This document shows positions 57,895-64,000 of a stretch of 64,000 nt of DNA, piece after piece. The notes below the pieces were generated by a model. The model did no database searches, was not told the DNA's origin, and worked only from the letters and a program-made list of their open reading frames with translations. Source of the stretch: the human T2T-CHM13v2.0 reference genome, Homo sapiens; assembly GCF_009914755.1 (NCBI RefSeq), contig NC_060946.1; one strand, 5' to 3'. Both the position numbers and the translations under genes were made by a program. Within the stretch, counting starts at the first letter, position 1. Each line of letters begins with the position of its first letter.

Positions 57895-58360
57895 GCCTCT
57901 CCTCTCCCCTCGCCTCCCCTCTCCCCTCGCCTCCCCTCCCCTCCCCTCGCCTCCCCTCGCCTCCCCTCCCCTCCCCTCGCCTCCCCTCCCCTCGCCTCCC
58001 CTCCCCTCGCCTCCCCTCCCCTCCCCTCCCCTCCCCTCGCCTCCCCTCCCCTCCCCTCCCCTCCCCTCGCCTCCCCTCCCCTCGCCTCCCCTCCCCTCCC
58101 CTCCCCTCCCCTCGCCTCCCCTCCCCTCCCCTCGCCTCCCCTACCCTCCCCTCACCTCCCCTTGCCTTGCCTCGCCTCGCCTCCCCTCCCCTCTCCCTTC
58201 CCCTCCGCTCTCTTCCCCCCTCCCCTCCCACCTCCCCTCCCCTCCCCTCCCACCTCCCCTCCCCTCCCACCTCCCCTCCCCTCCCACCTTCCCTCCCCTC
58301 CCCACCTCCCTTCCCCTCTTCTCTTCTCATTTTCTTTTCTTCTCTTCTCCACCTCTTGCC
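57895..58360 (+). repeat. (CCCCT)n / (CCTCG)-variant pentamer VNTR merging into the exon J polypyrimidine tract
   Basis: direct reading; nearly pure pyrimidine on the + strand. Confidence 0.95.
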
Positions 58361-58368
58361 TGGTCCAG

Positions 58369-58482
58369 CTGGAGCAGAGTGAAGCCAAGTGTGAGGAGGC
58401 CTTGAAGACGCAGAAGGTGCTCACAGCGGACCTGGAGAGCATGCACAGCGAGCTGGAGAACATGACGCGGAACAAGAGCCTG
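58369..58482 (+). CDS. MYO18B: MYO18B exon J (114 nt, phase 0-0): LEQSEAKCEEALKTQKVLTADLESMHSELENMTRNKSL
   Basis: acceptor tggtccag|CTG after a very long pyrimidine tract; non-consensus donor CTG|gtacct; follows a ~24.7-kb intron. Confidence 0.93.
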
Positions 58483-58536
58483 GTACCTGTCCCTTCCTGC
58501 AGCTGCAGGGACCTGGGCCAGCATAGGCCTCTGGGA

Positions 58537-59155
58537 GCTAGTGTGGGCCTAGTGTGCGCTCAGCACTATAGGAAGTATGAGGACATTTATTGTAAACCTA
58601 CCAGGTAGCACCTTGGAGGTACAGACATCCATTGTAGGCCTTTTATGTGCTCAGCTCTGTAAGAGGGACAAGGGGACTTATTGTAGACCTACTAGGTGCT
58701 CAGCGTTCTGAATGTGCAGGCATCCTACTGTCAGCTGAGCATTATAAAGATATAAGGGCATCAGCGAGGCTCAACTGTGTGTTCCCATCTGCAATGATAA
58801 GCAAGGAAGTCTGTTGTGGACATAATGGGTGCTCAGTGCTGTGAATGTGCATCTGATGTGAGCTTGTTATTTGCTCAGTACCCAATGTGGAAACACAACT
58901 GTATGTTGTGTGCCCACCCTGCTTGCCACTCTAAGTGGTTCTCAGACATCTGCTGTGGTCCTACTGTGTGCTCACCATCATGAGATGGAACTTGTTCCTT
59001 ATTGTGGGGCTACTGCATGTCCCCTCTAGTAAGTGGAGACAAGGGCATCTCTTGGCCCGCTTAGGCTTATTACCAGGAGAAGATTTGAGCCATTTATTAT
59101 GGAACTACCCTGTGCTCACCCCTGAATGGGGACACATGGACATATATTGTCGATG
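58537..59155 (+). repeat. degenerate ~42-50-bp tandem array (~13-14 units)
   Basis: recurring core TGT(G/A)GNCCTACTNNGTGCTCAG; clearest at 58542, 58633, 58682, 58815, 58857, 58954 and 59098. Confidence 0.7.
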
Positions 59156-59717
59156 TATTATTTTGGTGAGAATTGGATGTAGGTTTCCAAGTCCCCTATC
59201 TGGGTGTACAGGGTTGGCTTAGATTTATACTCAATGTATAAAACACTAAAGTTTAGGTATAGTTCGAGTTTTATAGGCAAATGCTTATCTCAAGATCTCT
59301 GTGGGCCTTTTTGTCCCTTATGTTGTTGGAACTTGCCTACAAGCATTCACACACACACATACACATACATGCGCACACGTGTATACACAGGAATGAATGT
59401 ACATATTCACGTGCGATCACCAGGCACACATACAAAATAAATGCCCTCCGTATAGGTAACCTGTGCCTCCAAGTTTATTCATCCACCCAATACATATTTA
59501 TTGAGCACCTGTTATAGGGCTGGCCTGGTGCTTGCTGCTGAGGTTATGTTTGTGGACAGAACAAAGTCCCTGTTCTCAGGGAGAGCGCCGGGATTTGCAT
59601 TTTCATATATGTACTAGGCACATTTAAAATGTGCACACATAGATTCCCAAGTGGGATTGCACAGACATAAATTCATACACACATACACCCTGAATTCATA
59701 GTCACATGCAATGCCTA

Positions 59718-59718
<1 letters not shown>

Positions 59719-59771
<53 letters not shown>
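59719..59771 (+). repeat. (CA)n microsatellite
   Basis: direct reading. Confidence 0.95.
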
Positions 59772-59772
<1 letters not shown>

Positions 59773-59939
59773 AAGCTGTTATACCTACCACATGCATTGG
59801 TAACCACAGCCACTCTTAAACATTGATGGTCACTCACCTCACACACCTATAGGCAAGCCCCTCTTTGCTCTTCCTCTGGACCTTGCTGCCCATCCCTCAC
59901 CCTCTCACCTTGCCTTGACCACTGATCTGCCTCCCCCAG

Positions 59940-60056
59940 GTGGATGAGCAGCTGTACAGGCTGCAGTTTGAGAAGGCGGACCTCCTGAAGCGCATCGATG
60001 AGGACCAGGATGACCTGAATGAGCTGATGCAGAAGCACAAGGACCTCATTGCTCAG
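59940..60056 (+). CDS. MYO18B: MYO18B exon K (117 nt, phase 0-0): VDEQLYRLQFEKADLLKRIDEDQDDLNELMQKHKDLIAQ
   Basis: branch-like actgatc, acceptor ctcccccag|GTG, donor CAG|gtagtg. Confidence 0.95.
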
Positions 60057-60289
60057 GTAGTGAATGGGACCTTGGTGGAAGAAGCTCAGGGACTTGGGGT
60101 GGGGTGAATGGGGAATGTTGAGAAGGTGATGTGGTTGGACTACTCCCTGGTCTTAACATCTTGGAGGGATAAGTGCACAGAGATAGTTAGGAATTGTGCA
60201 TTTCCTGTGGTCCTAATGGAGGACAATGTCACCTTCAGATGGTGTGTGCATCTCTGGAGGACGTGTCCACCATGAAAGATTTGGATTTA

Positions 60290-60840
60290 TTCATGCATCT
60301 GTCTGCCCATCCACCCACCCATCGATCATTCATCTGCTCATCAATTCACCCATTCACTTTTCCACCCATCTACTCATTCACCCACTTAACTATCCATCTA
60401 TCCATTGTCCGTCCATCCATCCGTCCATCCAATCATCCACCCATCCACCCAACCACCCATCCATCTGTCCGTCCAACCATTTATCCATCTATCCAGTCAT
60501 CCATCCATCTTTCCATTCATTTATCCATCCATGCAGCCATCCATTCATTTATCCATTCATCCATCCTACCACCGCTTACCCATTTATTCACCTATCCACC
60601 TATCCAACCATCATTTTCTTTTCTTTTTCCTGTCTTTCCTTCCTTCCTTCCTTCCTTCCTTCCTTCCTTCCTTCCTTCCTTCCTTCTTTCTTTCTTTCTT
60701 TCTTTCTTTCTCTTTCTTTCTTTCCTCTCTTTTCTCTTTCCTTCTTTCTTTCTTCCTTCCTTCCTTCCTTCCTTCCTTCCTTCCTTTCTCTTTCTCTTTT
60801 TCTTCTTTCCCCCTCTTTCTTTCTTTCTTCTTATCTTTCT
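60290..60840 (+). repeat. compound simple repeat: (CCAT)n followed by (TTCC)n/(TTTC)n
   Basis: direct reading. Confidence 0.92.
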
Positions 60841-62601
60841 ATCTGTAGCTATTTATTCAATATTTACTGAATCCTTGCCATGTGTTAGGCACTGTGAAAA
60901 ATGCTAAGTATATTGTGGTGATCAGAAGCACATCCCATTCCCACCTTCATGTACCTCACAGTTTAGTGGGCTGGGAAGACCTTATCATATGGTCACCCAG
61001 AGCAGAGGGCAGACTTGCAAACTGAGCCAAGAGTCCAGAAAGGAAGTGTACACAATTCTGCAAATCCTGACCTAGGTTGGGAGTCAGGAAGGGCTTCCCA
61101 GAGTAGGTGTCATTTGGATGGAGATCTGAACAAAGAATAGGAGTCACTTAGATTGGAGTGGGACATTGGGGATTGGGGGTGCCTTCCAAGCAGAGGAAAT
61201 AGCACATACAAAGGGCCTGTGATGGTGCATTGGAGAGACTGAAAGGAGACCAGTGAGGACAATCTGGCACAAGACAAGCTCAGCAAAAGAAGAGGATCAG
61301 ATCAGGGTCTTAGAGGCTGTTATGAGATTGGGTTTTATTTTATGGTTGAAGGGAATCAATTGGCAAGCTTTTCAGGGGCAAGAGCAGTTGGAGAGGAGCA
61401 GCCAGCATGCCACCCCAGACTGTCATCTCCATAAAGGCAGGACTCTCCTCTGCCTTGTCCAGTGCTGTATTCAGAGCCAAGAAGGGTGTCTGCCCTGGAG
61501 GTGCTCAGTAAATCACTGTTGAATAAATGAAAGCTGACTTTGTCCAGGGGAAAGACAACTCCAGCCTGGTAGATGGAGTGAAGATGAGGAGGAGTGGATG
61601 GATGGGCTTGGGAGATGATCGGGAGCCATGAGGGCAGCATGGGTGAAACAGAAGCTTTGGGGTGAAGCTGAGGGGTATGATGTGGAATCCCCAGCAGATC
61701 TCCACATAATGACTGCATAATGGGGAGAACAGCTCCCTCCTTGCAATACACCATCCAGAGGAGAGCCGGGGTAAAATACCTGCCACGCTCTAAATGCATC
61801 TGACAGAGGTTGGATCTGAAGGGATTTCTGCTGGACAAGGAATAATAATAACAAAATAATTGATGATATCATCCACATGGTAACAAACACCACAAAAATA
61901 GCCTATGCCAATGTCTCCACTTGCGAATCACACTTATTTTTGCCTCAAAGAGAGGTTAATCTGTTCAGTTACAAAGGCACTATATGCATATGCCCATAAT
62001 AAATAATTTAAATAATAAAGATACAAGAAATAGAAAGTAAAGAGGTGTTTCTACCCTCTAGAATTCCTCTCTTCAGAGGTAATGAAGCTCAACAGTTGGT
62101 TCTATTTTAAAAAAAACCTTTACTCTCCACTGCTTAATTTGATCTCTGAACAAACCCAATACGGAAAGGCTGAGCTGAGATTGTCAGTCCGTTTTACGAA
62201 TGCAGAGACTCAGGTGCAGAGAGGCTCCACAGCTTGCTAAGGCCAGGGTCCAGGTCTAGAAGCTCAGTTAAATGACCCTCCGAGTAGCTCTCATCCCTCG
62301 GAATCTGGTCCTAGTGCCATGGCCAGCCCACTTCTGTCTGGGTTCTCAAGGGTATATAATAAAATGCTGGACAGTGGACCAAATCCAGGGGCTTATATAA
62401 TTGGAGTGACTCAGCGAACATTGAAATGAAAGATGGTGAGGAGGATGTGAGAGGTAATTTTTGGGAAACAGCTATTATCATAGAAGCTCTGAGAGATGTA
62501 GACATCTGTGGGTGGGGAAAGTAGGGATTTTCAGGGGTGGTTTCCCAGCAAGGCTTGTGGACTCAGGGTGATATATATACATTTTTTTTTTGTCTCACCA
62601 G

Positions 62602-62685
62602 TCTGCTGCTGACATTGGGCAGATCCAAGAACTGCAGCTGCAGCTGGAGGAAGCCAAGAAGGAGAAGCACAAGCTACAAGAACAA
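62602..62685 (+). CDS. MYO18B: MYO18B exon L (84 nt, phase 0-0): SAADIGQIQELQLQLEEAKKEKHKLQEQ
   Basis: acceptor tttttgtctcaccag|TCT, donor CAA|gtatgt. Confidence 0.94.
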
Positions 62686-62711
62686 GTATGTGCTCAGAGC
62701 CATCCTATAGT

Positions 62712-63510
<799 letters not shown>

Positions 63511-64000
63511 GGGAGGAAGAGAGGGATTCTCCCTGGGCACTTACTTATACTTTGGCTCCTGGAAACTGTTTCCTTCATTCTTTTATTCATCAGTTCATTC
63601 AAATACTCACTCAATTCCAGTTGTGTGCGAGGTGAATTGAGACCAGTCCTTAGACAGACACATGCACACACACTCACACTCATTTACTCTTGGCCTGTGC
63701 TTGTGCTGAATCCAAGCGTGCCCCATGCACTGAGATTCAGCCATTCAGTGCAGAATTTTCTCCGTCTGAGAAATGGCTCCAAGAACAAGAGATGGTCTGT
63801 GCAAGACAGGATCACGATCCTCTGCGAAATCTTCCTTTGAAGTCATGGTCCCTCCAAACATCTCTGGCTTTCCATCATTACCTAGAGGGTTGCTATTATC
63901 CATGAAATTTTCAAAGCTCTTCTAGAACCCTGGCATGCACCTGCTTAAAGTGACTGTTGGAGTGACCAGGTCTCAAGCAATTTCCTATGGGTGCTGGATA

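Noticed and set aside
57830-58405. 191-aa extensin-like (PSPPL)n ORF and the antisense (GEGRG)n ORF
   Set aside because: translation of the CCCCT pentamer repeat, which cannot contain stops; intronic, with no promoter or splice support
58537-59155. CRISPR-like repeat-spacer appearance
   Set aside because: mammalian intron, highly diverged repeats, linkers related to each other, no cas genes
60194-60907. 237/214/147-aa ORFs (PSIH, PSFL repeats)
   Set aside because: simple-repeat translations

Overview
Primate (almost certainly human) genomic DNA lying inside the muscle myosin gene MYO18B, on the + strand. I found 12 consecutive GT-AG coding exons, labelled A-L locally (2971-62685). They splice into an uninterrupted 1518-nt, 506-aa frame from the coiled-coil tail (IADLTSDLADERFKGD...KEKHKLQEQ). 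The gene start and end lie outside the window. The introns contain about 21 Alu/FLAM copies, solo LTRs (MER11, MER4A1, another ERV1-type LTR, THE1 x2, MLT1 x3, MLT2A), DNA-transposon fossils, L1/L2/MIR remnants and microsatellites. Nearly all ORFs in the supplied track are repeat-derived artefacts. No prokaryote-type system (CRISPR etc.) is present. The most interesting unexplained structures are: (i) around exon J, a 472-nt AG-free C-rich tract, a weak donor, and a degenerate ~42-50-bp tandem array with an orphan copy upstream; (ii) inverted Alus bracketing exons J-K-L, which would form a stop-free 315-nt (15-heptad) circle; (iii) a possible TDP-43-type cryptic exon beside a (TG)n tract; (iv) a NAGNAG acceptor at a coiled-coil hinge; (v) several short dispersed duplications. 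All functional interpretations are inferences to be tested. Repeat subfamily names come from recalled consensus sequences, not from a database search.
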